Shown: positions 10,416 through 19,687 of the stretch, one piece after another
Numbering within the stretch: the stretch's first letter is position 1
Layout: each line of letters begins with the position of its first letter
Assembly: GCA_964618165.1 (NCBI GenBank)
Contig: CAZTWW010000001.1
Span: 499 to 64,498 of the forward strand
Source: an uncultured Candidatus Saccharibacteria bacterium
GTDB taxonomy: Bacteria > Patescibacteriota > Minisyncoccia > Phycocordibacterales > UBA918
Reading direction: 5' to 3'
Length of the DNA: 64,000 bases
Translations under genes and position numbers: made by a program
The notes under the pieces: generated by a model
Databases searched by the model: none
Seen by the model: the letters and a program-made list of their open reading frames with translations, nothing else
Told to the model about the DNA's origin: nothing

Positions 10416-11903
10416 ATGATTACGTTACTTATGCGACATGTACTTGTGTTATTGCTGTTCGTTCTTGGTGGACTGACACTGACTTCGGTCGTATTTGCAC
10501 AATCTGATGACACGCGTGCACCAGAAATTACGGGAGTGACCATCGCCTCAACCACCGAGACTTCAGTGACGATCACCTGGAAAACCAACGAAAACGCTGA
10601 TTCAGCAGTCAATTACAGCCTTGACCCAAATCTCGGCGTGGTACGTGTGCCAGTGGCAAATCGTACGACCCATTCCGTCACATTGGATAACCTCGAGCCG
10701 GGAAGGACGTACTACTTCCGTGTCGTCTCAGCTGATGCCGAGGGTAACCAAGGAATCTCAGCAGATTATAAAATTGATCTTGAAAGTGAAGCGACGAGCG
10801 AAAATAGTGGGGAAGGTACTGGTGTCGGACCAGGTGAGGTGCCACAAACACCCCAAGAAATCATTGAGCAAATTCAAGAAATTAATAATCCGCAACAACT
10901 TCAAGAGATTCTTAATGAGACCGTAAAGGCGATTCAGGGTATTACTGAGGATTTGACCATTGTCGGTCCGCCAACCGTTGTGCCGGAGACAACCTCAGCC
11001 CTGGTCTCATGGAGTACTGACCGACCAGCTAGTTCAGAGGTGCGATTCTCTAAAACTAATGGTTTTGATGGTACTAATTATGAATTTTCTCAATCATCCA
11101 CCGACGGTTCAGTTACTGACCACGAAATTCGTCTCATCGGCCTTGAGCCATTTACTGAGTATAGTTTTCAGGTACGTTCAACAGATGAGTATCAGATAAC
11201 TGGTGAAAGTCGTAACTTTACCTTCCGCACTAAAGCATCGCTTCCTGACATTCGAAATCTCCGTATCGTGAAGGTGGAGGAAAACGCAGCGACACTTGCC
11301 TGGGAAACGACGGTACCAGCCAAAGCGCTCATCGAATATCAGGATCTGACCACTGGTGGTCAAAACTCAGTCGGCCGCCCAACGCTCGCTACAACACACC
11401 AAATGCGCCTCTCAGACCTGACGCTAGGAACACGCTATGTTGCGTTTGTAATTGCTGAAAACTCTGGCGGGGACCGTGTTCGGAGTCAGCCGGTTCAATT
11501 CATTACGGTCCGTGATAATGCACCGCCACTTATCTCAAACGTGACAAACGAATCAACTATTTTCCCTGGTGGTGAATCGCGTATTCAGACAATTGTTGAG
11601 TGGAATACCGACGAACCAGCATCTTGTACGATGACCTATCGTGAAGGTGTAGCTGGTGGTGTTGATCCGGTTGTGCTTGAGAAAGAGGTGGTTGAGTACA
11701 ACACGAATCATGTTGAGGTAATTATCGACTTTGCTCCCGCGACTGTATACCAGTTTTGGCTTAATTGTACTGATGAAGCCGGCAATACTGTCCAGTCTGA
11801 GAACTTCGTACTCTTTACCCCAATTCAAGAAAAAAACATTATCGACTTGATCTTGGAGAACTTTGAGTCGACGTTTGGTTGGGTTAAAAACATCACAAAC
11901 TAG
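10416..11903 (+). CDS. Secreted fibronectin type III repeat protein (4 Fn3/PAP-N-like domains)
   Basis: Signal peptide ending VFA; repeated 'TxTSxTITWxTxE...HxVxLxxLEPGxTYYFRV' motifs. Confidence 0.85.
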   Translation: MITLLMRHVLVLLLFVLGGLTLTSVVFAQSDDTRAPEITGVTIASTTETSVTITWKTNENADSAVNYSLDPNLGVVRVPVANRTTHSVTLDNLEPGRTYYFRVVSADAEGNQGISADYKIDLESEATSENSGEGTGVGPGEVPQTPQEIIEQIQEINNPQQLQEILNETVKAIQGITEDLTIVGPPTVVPETTSALVSWSTDRPASSEVRFSKTNGFDGTNYEFSQSSTDGSVTDHEIRLIGLEPFTEYSFQVRSTDEYQITGESRNFTFRTKASLPDIRNLRIVKVEENAATLAWETTVPAKALIEYQDLTTGGQNSVGRPTLATTHQMRLSDLTLGTRYVAFVIAENSGGDRVRSQPVQFITVRDNAPPLISNVTNESTIFPGGESRIQTIVEWNTDEPASCTMTYREGVAGGVDPVVLEKEVVEYNTNHVEVIIDFAPATVYQFWLNCTDEAGNTVQSENFVLFTPIQEKNIIDLILENFESTFGWVKNITN

Positions 11904-12022
11904 AACTATTTCACTGACACATTTCTTTGTTGTGCTTTAAAAATTTTGTTCACCGTACAACATGTACGACTTACAAAATTTTTCTTGCATGCCTCGAACT
12001 GCATCCAGTGTAAAAGTTCTAG
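11900..12022. repeat. ~123-bp palindromic interspersed element (ERIC/MITE-like), copy A
   Basis: Terminal IR CTAGAACT..AGTTCTAG, nested stems, homologous to 18740-18865. Confidence 0.7.
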
Positions 12023-12116
12023 ATGGTAGTTGTCAAAGGTGTAAACACAAGCATGGCGTAGTTTTGTATGTGGACTACACTCCAAAGTATTCACGAAGTA
12101 ATGCCATAATACAGAC

Positions 12117-13439
12117 ATGGCAAAGCCTCTCATTGTGTGCCGTGATTTGTCGATTATTTATAATAAAGGCAAATCCAATGAATTTCGTGCGCTCCAAAAC
12201 GTAAACACCGACATCTATGAAGGTGAGTATATTATTCTGTTTGGTGCATCTGGGTCGGGCAAGTCAACACTCATGTATTCGATTCAAGGATCACTCCCGC
12301 CGGGCGAGGGGACGCTCCTTATTCGTGGTGACGATATTTACTCGTATCCACCGAGTGAACGAGTGTACTTCCAGCGGTACGTGATGGGTATTATCTTCCA
12401 ATCCTTTAACCTGATTGGCTCACTCTCGGTGCTCGATAATGTCGCGCTCCCGATGATTTTTTGTAATGCTGACAAACAAACGCGCGATCGTCGCGCACAG
12501 TCACTCCTTGATCGCTTCGGCGTGGGGCATGTCTCTCATAAGATCCCAGCGATGCTCTCCGGTGGCCAGCAACAGCGTGTCTCGGTAGCACGCTCTATGG
12601 TGAATGATCCGAAGATTCTTCTTGCAGACGAGCCAACCGGTAACCTTGACTCCGTTTCTACCCAGCAGGTGATGGACAAAATTGACGAAATTAACACGTT
12701 CGATAGACGGACTATTATTATGGTATCGCACAACGCGGCTCATTTGTCATACGCACATCGCGTATATTACCTCAAAGATGGGGCGGTCGTGCGTGAAGTG
12801 GTGAATCCGCAACGCAAGCAGATTAAACCAGTCCGTGAAGGTGAGACCATTGTAACCGAGTTAGAGCAGCTCGCGCGCCTGTTTCCGTACGACTCAGTTG
12901 ATACGCTGCGTATCAAGAGTATGGTGAATTACTTAACTCAAGATTATACCTTTGACCAAATTCAGCGCCTTGAGCGTGCCATTGGCTTCTTTATCAAGGG
13001 TAAGATTGACCGTGATGCATTTATAAACGCGCTCGTCCTTCCGCTCGAGCGCGGGGGAGTAGAAATAGACGAAAATACCGCGCGTGAGATGGCGAAGCGC
13101 ACTGAGCGCATGATTCTCCAGTCTGATGACATCAGACGTTTTCGAGCAAAAAAAGACAATGACGGGGTCTTCTTTAGTCAGCATAAGCTCGCTGAGCGAC
13201 TTCGTGATCACCTCCTTGAGGTATATCGCCTCAAGCTCTCAAAAGAGCAAGATAATAATCTTGTAGAACTGGTTGCAGACCGTGTGACGGGTGTGACTGA
13301 TAGTGCGGAGTTTAATGTCCGACTCATGAACGGGGTTCGCAGTGGCGGCTTGGCTCTTACCGAAGGCGAAGCAGATGATATGACAAGATACTTTGAAAAG
13401 CTGATTGCCCAAGGGGTAGACGTCAGTTATAAAAATTAG
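12117..13439 (+). CDS. ABC transporter ATP-binding protein (MacB/LolD family) with ~200-aa C-terminal extension
   Basis: Walker A GASGSGKS, signature LSGGQQQR, Walker [14 protein letters not shown]-loop VSH. Confidence 0.92.
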   Translation: MAKPLIVCRDLSIIYNKGKSNEFRALQNVNTDIYEGEYIILFGASGSGKSTLMYSIQGSLPPGEGTLLIRGDDIYSYPPSERVYFQRYVMGIIFQSFNLIGSLSVLDNVALPMIFCNADKQTRDRRAQSLLDRFGVGHVSHKIPAMLSGGQQQRVSVARSMVNDPKILLADEPTGNLDSVSTQQVMDKIDEINTFDRRTIIMVSHNAAHLSYAHRVYYLKDGAVVREVVNPQRKQIKPVREGETIVTELEQLARLFPYDSVDTLRIKSMVNYLTQDYTFDQIQRLERAIGFFIKGKIDRDAFINALVLPLERGGVEIDENTAREMAKRTERMILQSDDIRRFRAKKDNDGVFFSQHKLAERLRDHLLEVYRLKLSKEQDNNLVELVADRVTGVTDSAEFNVRLMNGVRSGGLALTEGEADDMTRYFEKLIAQGVDVSYKN

Positions 13440-13442
13440 TGT

Positions 13443-14651
13443 ATGCGTGTCCAGGATCTTGCTCAGCTTTCAACTCGAATGTTTAAGACGAACCCGCTTC
13501 GTACCTGGCTTACTATTCTTGGTATGGGAGTCGGGACGGGTGCGGTAGTTATTCTCGTCGGGCTTGGATTCGGGCTTCAGCAGATCATTCTTGAGCAGAT
13601 TGTGTTCGGTGAGACACTCCTCTCACTTGGTGTATCAGCCACCGGCGCGCAAAATCTCCGCCTTACTACCGAGACCGTCACGCAATTTGAAGAAATGCCA
13701 GAGGTTCTCGACGCTGCTCCGCTGGCACGCTTCCCGGCCCTCGTAACCTATAAGGGGCTGACTGGTAACGTGTTTATTCAAGGAGTAGAACCACCATACC
13801 TTCGGTATGCTGGTGTTTCCGCGACTGCTGGTGAGGTATTTACCGATGTTGATGCAGCTGATACCAGCAGTGTAATGCTGTCGCCGGCGGTATTAAAGCT
13901 CTTCGGGATTGAAGACGCAGAGAGTTTTGTGGGGGAGAAGGTGTCATTTCGTATACTCATTCCGGCAAATGATGGTACCGGCAACAACAACGAGGTGATT
14001 ATCGATAAAGAGTATACCGTTCGGGGTATCACGAAGGAGGAAGGTGTCCTTAATGCCATGATGATGCTCCCTGAACTCCGTAATTATGTTGGTATTGAGG
14101 AATTTGAGCGTATTCAGGTCCGTGTCGATACGAATGAAAATCTACCGATTGTCGAGACAAAGCTTATTGAGGAAGGGTACCGCGTGACTGCGCTCTCAAA
14201 GACTGTTGAACAGGCGTCAAAGATTTTCCAGGGTATTCAAGCAGTTTTGGCGACATTTGGTGGTATTGCCTTAGTGGTGTCGGCGATTGGTATGTTTAAC
14301 ACGATGACGGTGACACTCCTTGAGCGTACCAAAGAGATCGGTATTATGCGTACTATTGGTGCTTCTCCGAACGATGTAAAGTATCTCTTCGTGTCTGAGT
14401 CGGTAGTGGTAGGCTTTTTGGGTGGGGTGAGTGGGATAGTTATGGGGGTAGGACTTGGACTCACTATCAATCTTTTTTTGAATATTGTGGCGGGGCAGTT
14501 CGGTGGGCAAGCGGTAAAGCTCTTTTCATTCCCACTTGGGTTCTTGCTCTTCATTGCCCTCTTCTCAGCGGCGGTGGGGTACTTGACCGGTATCTTCCCA
14601 GCTCGTCGGGCCGCCAAGCTCAACCCGCTTGATGCGATTCGCTACGAATAA
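13443..14651 (+). CDS. ABC transporter permease (MacB-PCD/FtsX family)
   Basis: 'RTWLTILGMGVG', 'ERTKEIGIMRTIGA', C-terminal 'PARRAAKLNPLDAIRYE'; 1+3 TM layout. Confidence 0.93.
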   Translation: MRVQDLAQLSTRMFKTNPLRTWLTILGMGVGTGAVVILVGLGFGLQQIILEQIVFGETLLSLGVSATGAQNLRLTTETVTQFEEMPEVLDAAPLARFPALVTYKGLTGNVFIQGVEPPYLRYAGVSATAGEVFTDVDAADTSSVMLSPAVLKLFGIEDAESFVGEKVSFRILIPANDGTGNNNEVIIDKEYTVRGITKEEGVLNAMMMLPELRNYVGIEEFERIQVRVDTNENLPIVETKLIEEGYRVTALSKTVEQASKIFQGIQAVLATFGGIALVVSAIGMFNTMTVTLLERTKEIGIMRTIGASPNDVKYLFVSESVVVGFLGGVSGIVMGVGLGLTINLFLNIVAGQFGGQAVKLFSFPLGFLLFIALFSAAVGYLTGIFPARRAAKLNPLDAIRYE

Positions 14652-14710
14652 GTCTGTGCATAACTAGTGCATAACTGTCGTACCCTCCTATAAAATAAAG
14701 AGGTAAACGT

Positions 14711-16585
14711 ATGTTGTACAACAAAAATAATCTACCGCGGTATGTAGAGACCGCCGGTAAAATCACCATTTTATCAGCCTTAACTGGAGTATTGATTTTC
14801 ACCTTCATCTTTATTCTTAACATCGGTAAAACCGAGCTCCAGAAAGCCGAAGCGACATCAACCGCGACGACTACTCTCACTGTTCTTAACACGCCCCCAC
14901 AGTGGGAGATTGGTGAAGAAGGTCGTGAAGAGTTTGGTTCTTCCACGACCACACCAACTAACTCAGGTGATGTTGTCTCTTGGATTGGTCGAGCCACTGA
15001 CTCAAACGGCGCACCTTACTTCCTTATCATTTGTAGTAATAGTGCGACACCAACAGCTCAGCAGTCCACGACAACACTCGGAACCGCAGCGCCGATTTGT
15101 TCTGGCGGCGGTATCCGCTGGGCCGTTTCAACTTCTACCGTGAGTGGTGCACAGGCGCGTGCTGCTACAACCACGTTTGAAGGTGGTAACTTCCAGGAAT
15201 CTAATACCTGGTACGCCTGGGTGTGTGACGACGATCCGGTGAGTCCAAAGTGTAGTACAACATTCTCTCAGGGAACCAACGCCACGAACTCAAGTCCTTT
15301 TAACGTAAATCGTAGACCAATCTTCACCACTTTTGGTAATAATGGACCTGTTAATCCTGGCGGTACCATTACCTTCAATGCTACGGCAACCGATCCAGAC
15401 ATTGTAGACTTTGAAGATAATATTTACCTTGTTGTCTGTAGCCTTCCTTCATACAGTACAACCACGAACTCATGTGGTGCAGGAGACTTCATTGCCTCAA
15501 GTTCTCTCGGCGCCCTTCAAAATCCTACCGCTGCAACGAGTCTCGTAGCTATCATTCAGGACACGAGTTACAACGCCTATGGTTATGTCTATGACGAGCA
15601 TGGACACGAGGCACTGCTTGGAGCCCAGGGTACCAATACACCGTTTGTAGTTAATAACGTAGCACCAACAGTTTCGGGAGGTACTATTACACTTAATGGC
15701 GGTCTTGATATTACCCTCACAACACCTGGGGCGGAAACAACTGGCTTTACGCTCGAGTTCACTATCGCTGATGCAAATAGTTGTGATGCGGTCGGTGGTG
15801 GGCCTGCGGATGAGATTATTCGTCCGGTCGTCTCGATATTTAGAAGCTCACTAGGTACAACAACCTGTAACGGAGCTTTAGCTTACGATCCGAATCGCTG
15901 TTATGTAAGTGATGTTCCTACTTCTGTCTGGAATCTCGCATGTACAGCCTCTACCACCTCGTGTACCGGAGCGACTGATGATACGATTCAATATAATTGT
16001 ACGTTCCCACTTTGGTTCCTCGCTGATCCTACTGATGCAAGTTCACCATTTTCAGCTGAAGACTGGCGTGCTGGTGTAGCTGGAGTTGATGACGACCTTT
16101 CGACCGGTACAATGGCAACGTCGACGAGCGGACGAGAGCTCTTCAGTTTTGTAGCAATTGACTTGTTAACGCAAAACATTGCCTATACTGACCTTGAGCC
16201 TGGAACTGAGATGGCTAACTTGACTTCGTCTTCAACGCTTCGTGTGCTCGGTAACACCGGTATCAACCAGCTCCTCGGCGGAGATTCAATGTGTGACACC
16301 TACAGCATCAGTAATCCATGTCCTGTTTCGGGTACGTCAACTATTCCTCAAAGTGAGCAACGCTACGCAACTACAGCAGTAGCGTACGCAGCTGGTACAC
16401 CGCTTCAGCCTACTTCTACACCAGCACTGTTTGACATCCGTATCCCAAAACCAACTTCGACTTCAAGTCCGACACAGGATGAAACGTTCTGGGGTATCCG
16501 AGTTCCAGGTTCAATTACACGCGCGGGAGTATATACAGGTCGAAACACCTTTATGGGTGCGGTATCACCATCAGGAAGCTGGTAA
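14711..16585 (+). CDS. Cys-rich secreted surface protein with class I WxL-like C-terminal module
   Basis: Long signal ending KAEA; last ~300 aa align with the giant protein C-terminus (ADPTD, IPxxEQRxAT, WGIxVP); GAGG upstream. Confidence 0.85.
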   Translation: MLYNKNNLPRYVETAGKITILSALTGVLIFTFIFILNIGKTELQKAEATSTATTTLTVLNTPPQWEIGEEGREEFGSSTTTPTNSGDVVSWIGRATDSNGAPYFLIICSNSATPTAQQSTTTLGTAAPICSGGGIRWAVSTSTVSGAQARAATTTFEGGNFQESNTWYAWVCDDDPVSPKCSTTFSQGTNATNSSPFNVNRRPIFTTFGNNGPVNPGGTITFNATATDPDIVDFEDNIYLVVCSLPSYSTTTNSCGAGDFIASSSLGALQNPTAATSLVAIIQDTSYNAYGYVYDEHGHEALLGAQGTNTPFVVNNVAPTVSGGTITLNGGLDITLTTPGAETTGFTLEFTIADANSCDAVGGGPADEIIRPVVSIFRSSLGTTTCNGALAYDPNRCYVSDVPTSVWNLACTASTTSCTGATDDTIQYNCTFPLWFLADPTDASSPFSAEDWRAGVAGVDDDLSTGTMATSTSGRELFSFVAIDLLTQNIAYTDLEPGTEMANLTSSSTLRVLGNTGINQLLGGDSMCDTYSISNPCPVSGTSTIPQSEQRYATTAVAYAAGTPLQPTSTPALFDIRIPKPTSTSSPTQDETFWGIRVPGSITRAGVYTGRNTFMGAVSPSGSW

Positions 16586-16606
16586 AGGTATCGAGACATA
16601 GTTTCT

Positions 16607-16646
16607 GCAATGACCACCGTTATCCAAACGGTGGTCATTGCTTTTT
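16607..16646 (+). terminator. Intrinsic terminator
   Basis: 15-bp stem GCAATGACCACCGTT/AACGGTGGTCATTGC followed by TTTTT. Confidence 0.85.
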
Positions 16647-16677
16647 ATCAATAAGTTTTCGATAATAGAGGGACTGC

Positions 16678-17631
16678 ATGAAGGGAATTCTTCAAACGTC
16701 GCTACTACGTTCTTTGTGTTTGGTTGTTTTGTCGACAGTGGTCTTTTGGCCTGCCACAACTTTTGCCAGCTTTGGTATTACGCCTCCTTATGTACGCAAT
16801 ACGAGCCTGACCCGCAACTCTACCTACGAGCAGCAAATTCTTTTAGTACGGGGGAATCCTAACGAAGACCTGCGCGCAGAAATTACTATTGATGCACCAG
16901 AGATTCAGGACTGGATTGAGGTGGTAGAAGGAAACAATATCTCACTCCCTCGTGGTGAACAGAAGGTGCCAATGACCGTTCGTATTAAGGTCCCGGCAGA
17001 CGCAGACTTTGCAGACTACATGGGTAAGATCCGTATCCGTACGCTTCCAACTGATGAGGCTGCGGCTGAGGGTGTGGTGAGTATTAGTCTTGGTGCGCAG
17101 GTTGATATTGATCTATCAGTTATCGATAAGGTAATCGAAGATTTTCGAGTTCGAAAAATTACTATTAACGATCTCAATGAAGGTCGTAAGCTCGGCTGGC
17201 TCTATTTCCCGGGTAAGATTAATTTCGGCATGCTGATTGAGAATACCGGTAATGTTGACATCGCGCCGTCTAAGGTTGAGTTCCGCATCTATGACCGAGC
17301 TGGAGCCGTTCTCCTTGAGACCACCGAGCATACCGGCCGCATCAAAAAGATTGCTCCGTATGCGATTGAAGAGGTGACTGCTAATCTGCCCACTCGTCTT
17401 CCGGCCGGTAGTTACATTGCTCGTTACTCAATCTTTAATGGAGATGAGGTTAAGCAGGAAGGTGAGCTTAATTTGAGTATTCTTCCATACGGTACACTCC
17501 AGACTGCCGGGTACGGCTTCATGGGGCTCTCAATTGCGCATAAAGTATCTATCCTATTACCAATCTTTGCGCTTCTCATAACTATTCTGTACATTATCCA
17601 TAATCGACGCAGTCGTAAGACGCGAGCGTAG
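16678..17631 (+). CDS. DUF916/WxLIP-like membrane-anchored two-Ig-domain protein
   Basis: Signal peptide, 'FGITPP', 'VPMTVRIKVPADA..Y.GKI', 'ENTGNVDIAP', C-terminal TM plus basic tail. Confidence 0.7.
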   Translation: MKGILQTSLLRSLCLVVLSTVVFWPATTFASFGITPPYVRNTSLTRNSTYEQQILLVRGNPNEDLRAEITIDAPEIQDWIEVVEGNNISLPRGEQKVPMTVRIKVPADADFADYMGKIRIRTLPTDEAAAEGVVSISLGAQVDIDLSVIDKVIEDFRVRKITINDLNEGRKLGWLYFPGKINFGMLIENTGNVDIAPSKVEFRIYDRAGAVLLETTEHTGRIKKIAPYAIEEVTANLPTRLPAGSYIARYSIFNGDEVKQEGELNLSILPYGTLQTAGYGFMGLSIAHKVSILLPIFALLITILYIIHNRRSRKTRA

Positions 17632-17635
17632 ACAT

Positions 17636-18742
17636 ATGCTCAGTCGCTTATTCTTCATTGGTATCGTACTCTTGGTGCCACCATTCACTGTATTTGGTCA
17701 GGAGATCTACACTGCCACTACTACTATTAATCTCAGTATCTGTGGTAATAACGTGGTTGATACTGGTGAACAGTGTGATGTGCCGGGTGAGACCGGTCTA
17801 TACAGTACGACTATTGCTGGGCGACAGTGTAACGCACGGTGTGATTATGGTCCGTATTGTGGTGACGGGATTCTCCAGACTACATTTGGCGAAGAGTGTG
17901 ATGACGCGAATAATGACAGTGGTGACTTTTGTTCGGCTACCTGTACGATAGAGCCTGCTGGTTCTGGTGGAGGCGGTAGTTCTGGCGGTGGATCGGGTGG
18001 TGGTGGTTCAACCCGTGACTTAGGGGACACCTCAATTAGCGTGACCGGTCTTGGGTATCCAAATCAGCAGATCAATTTTCTCCTTGATACGAGAGCGGTA
18101 GGTTCCGTGCGGGCAAATAGCACTGGTCGTTTTGAATTTTCGACTAAAGCTTCTCCTGGTACCGCAACACTCGGTGTCTGGGCAAATGACTCAACTGGTG
18201 TTCGTTCAATTACGCTCAATAACACCTTTGATGTGACACAAGGTGCAGTGACTAATGTTAATGGACTTTTATTGCCGCCAACGTTGACACTCTCAAACAA
18301 TAAAGTTAGCCCTGGCAGTACGGTGACGATTAGTGGTCAAGCCGTTCCAAGTGCTCAGATTGAAATCCAGGTAGGAAACAGTAGTCTTCGCACGGAACGG
18401 ACGACGAGTGACGCAACGGGTCGCTATACGTTCCAGTTAAATACCTCCACGCTCCGTAATGCCGAGTATCCGATAAAAGCGCGATCAATCACTGGTACCG
18501 CGCCACTCCTCACGCAAAGTGGATATAGCTCGATTGCACAGCTATTTGTTGGTGTTGATGGTGCGCCGAGTTCACCGTCTGACTTGAGTCGAGACGGTAA
18601 GGTAAATCTCACCGACTTTTCGATTCTGATTTTCTGGTGGCAATCGGCCGGAGGTGATTCAAATCCGCCAGCTGATATCAATGGTAACGGTCGGGTGGGG
18701 TTGGAGGATTTTTCTATTCTCCTCTTCAACTGGACCGGCTAG
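17636..18742 (+). CDS. Secreted protein: Cys-rich (DUF4215/myxococcal-type) repeats, Gly linker, Ig-like domains, C-terminal dockerin-like pair
   Basis: 'CGNNVVDTGEQCD', 'CGDGILQ..GEECDD'; 'DLSRDGKVNLTDFSIL..DINGNGRVGLEDFSIL'. Confidence 0.85.
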   Translation: MLSRLFFIGIVLLVPPFTVFGQEIYTATTTINLSICGNNVVDTGEQCDVPGETGLYSTTIAGRQCNARCDYGPYCGDGILQTTFGEECDDANNDSGDFCSATCTIEPAGSGGGGSSGGGSGGGGSTRDLGDTSISVTGLGYPNQQINFLLDTRAVGSVRANSTGRFEFSTKASPGTATLGVWANDSTGVRSITLNNTFDVTQGAVTNVNGLLLPPTLTLSNNKVSPGSTVTISGQAVPSAQIEIQVGNSSLRTERTTSDATGRYTFQLNTSTLRNAEYPIKARSITGTAPLLTQSGYSSIAQLFVGVDGAPSSPSDLSRDGKVNLTDFSILIFWWQSAGGDSNPPADINGNGRVGLEDFSILLFNWTG

Positions 18743-18865
18743 AGTCTATTAATTACCTCCATCTTCTTTGTTGTACTTCGGTAAATTGTCGTTCACCGTA
18801 CAGGAAGTACGCCTCACAACAATTTCCTCGTACGCCTCGAATCTGGGGCCACTTACTTGACTCTA
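18740..18865. repeat. ~126-bp palindromic interspersed element (ERIC/MITE-like), copy B
   Basis: Terminal IR TAGAGTC..GACTCTA; shares TTCTTTGTTGT, TTCACCGTACA..GTACG and GCCTCGAA with copy A. Confidence 0.7.
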
Positions 18866-19479
18866 AGTGTTACAATGGCGAATTTTCGCGAGTGAGGCCT
18901 ATTCCTAATGGCCTCGTCCGCGTCTCTGCCTTACCTCGCACTCTACCAGTAGGGACTATTGCGAATTCTCGCGAGTAATGCGACCCCCAAGGGAGTATTA
19001 TCCTCGTACTACCACTTTGTTTCTTAGATTACTATCTGTCCGCCTCGAATACAGGGGTATTTAGTGGAGTCTAAACTCGTGACTTAACTTTTGATAGGTT
19101 CGCTATCTTTTGTAACATCGACAGCGAAAGGCGTAGTAGTGACGGAAGGAGAGTGTCACTAGTAATCACCGACGTCATTTTTGTGAGGGGTGGTGATAAT
19201 GGCCGAAGCAGAAGTCTAATACTCCATAATTTCTCATAAAATGCTTTTCAAGTTGTGTCGCTCTAGTACAAATGACGGGATTGAAACGCTGTTACTGGTC
19301 ACGAATGGTCGACACTTTCTATTTCCTAAAATGAGAAAAAATTTCATAATCTAACCTTTCTACTGGCAAAATATATGCACTGCGTAAATCCTCACTATTC
19401 TCTCGTGTAGTTAAAAATATTTTTGTGTATAAGTTTCCGTTTCGTAACCTCTATCAAGCTAGAATGAATAAGTACTAAT

Positions 19480-19687
19480 GTTGGAGGTATCTCTTTAATG
19501 ATACTGCTAGCTCCCACCACGGAATGCTAGGGCACAACAGCCAGTGTTACGGCATTAGTATGCCTGTCACTCACTATGGGGAAGTGGGGTGGAGACCACA
19601 CCTCTGAGCGATGCAGGGTCGCGCTGTGCGTTGTTGTACTCAATTATTTGATATACAACAGTGCCAGGCTAATACAACGTAGAGAAC
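19480..19687 (+). promoter_or_regulatory. Candidate structured 5' leader RNA of the 385-aa surface protein gene
   Basis: Multi-stem fold closed by GGCAC(19531)/GTGCC(19661); AT-rich region with TAGAAT (19460) upstream. Confidence 0.45.

Noticed and set aside
137-10612. Many minus-strand and alternate-frame ORFs over the giant gene (also over 26812-32970 and uvrA/B)
   Set aside because: Shadow ORFs caused by Thr/Gly/Ser codon bias; no motifs, and they lie within or across well-supported + strand genes
17960-18010. GGT/GGC-rich low-complexity tract
   Set aside because: Encodes an ordinary Gly/Ser linker; not a phase-variable repeat
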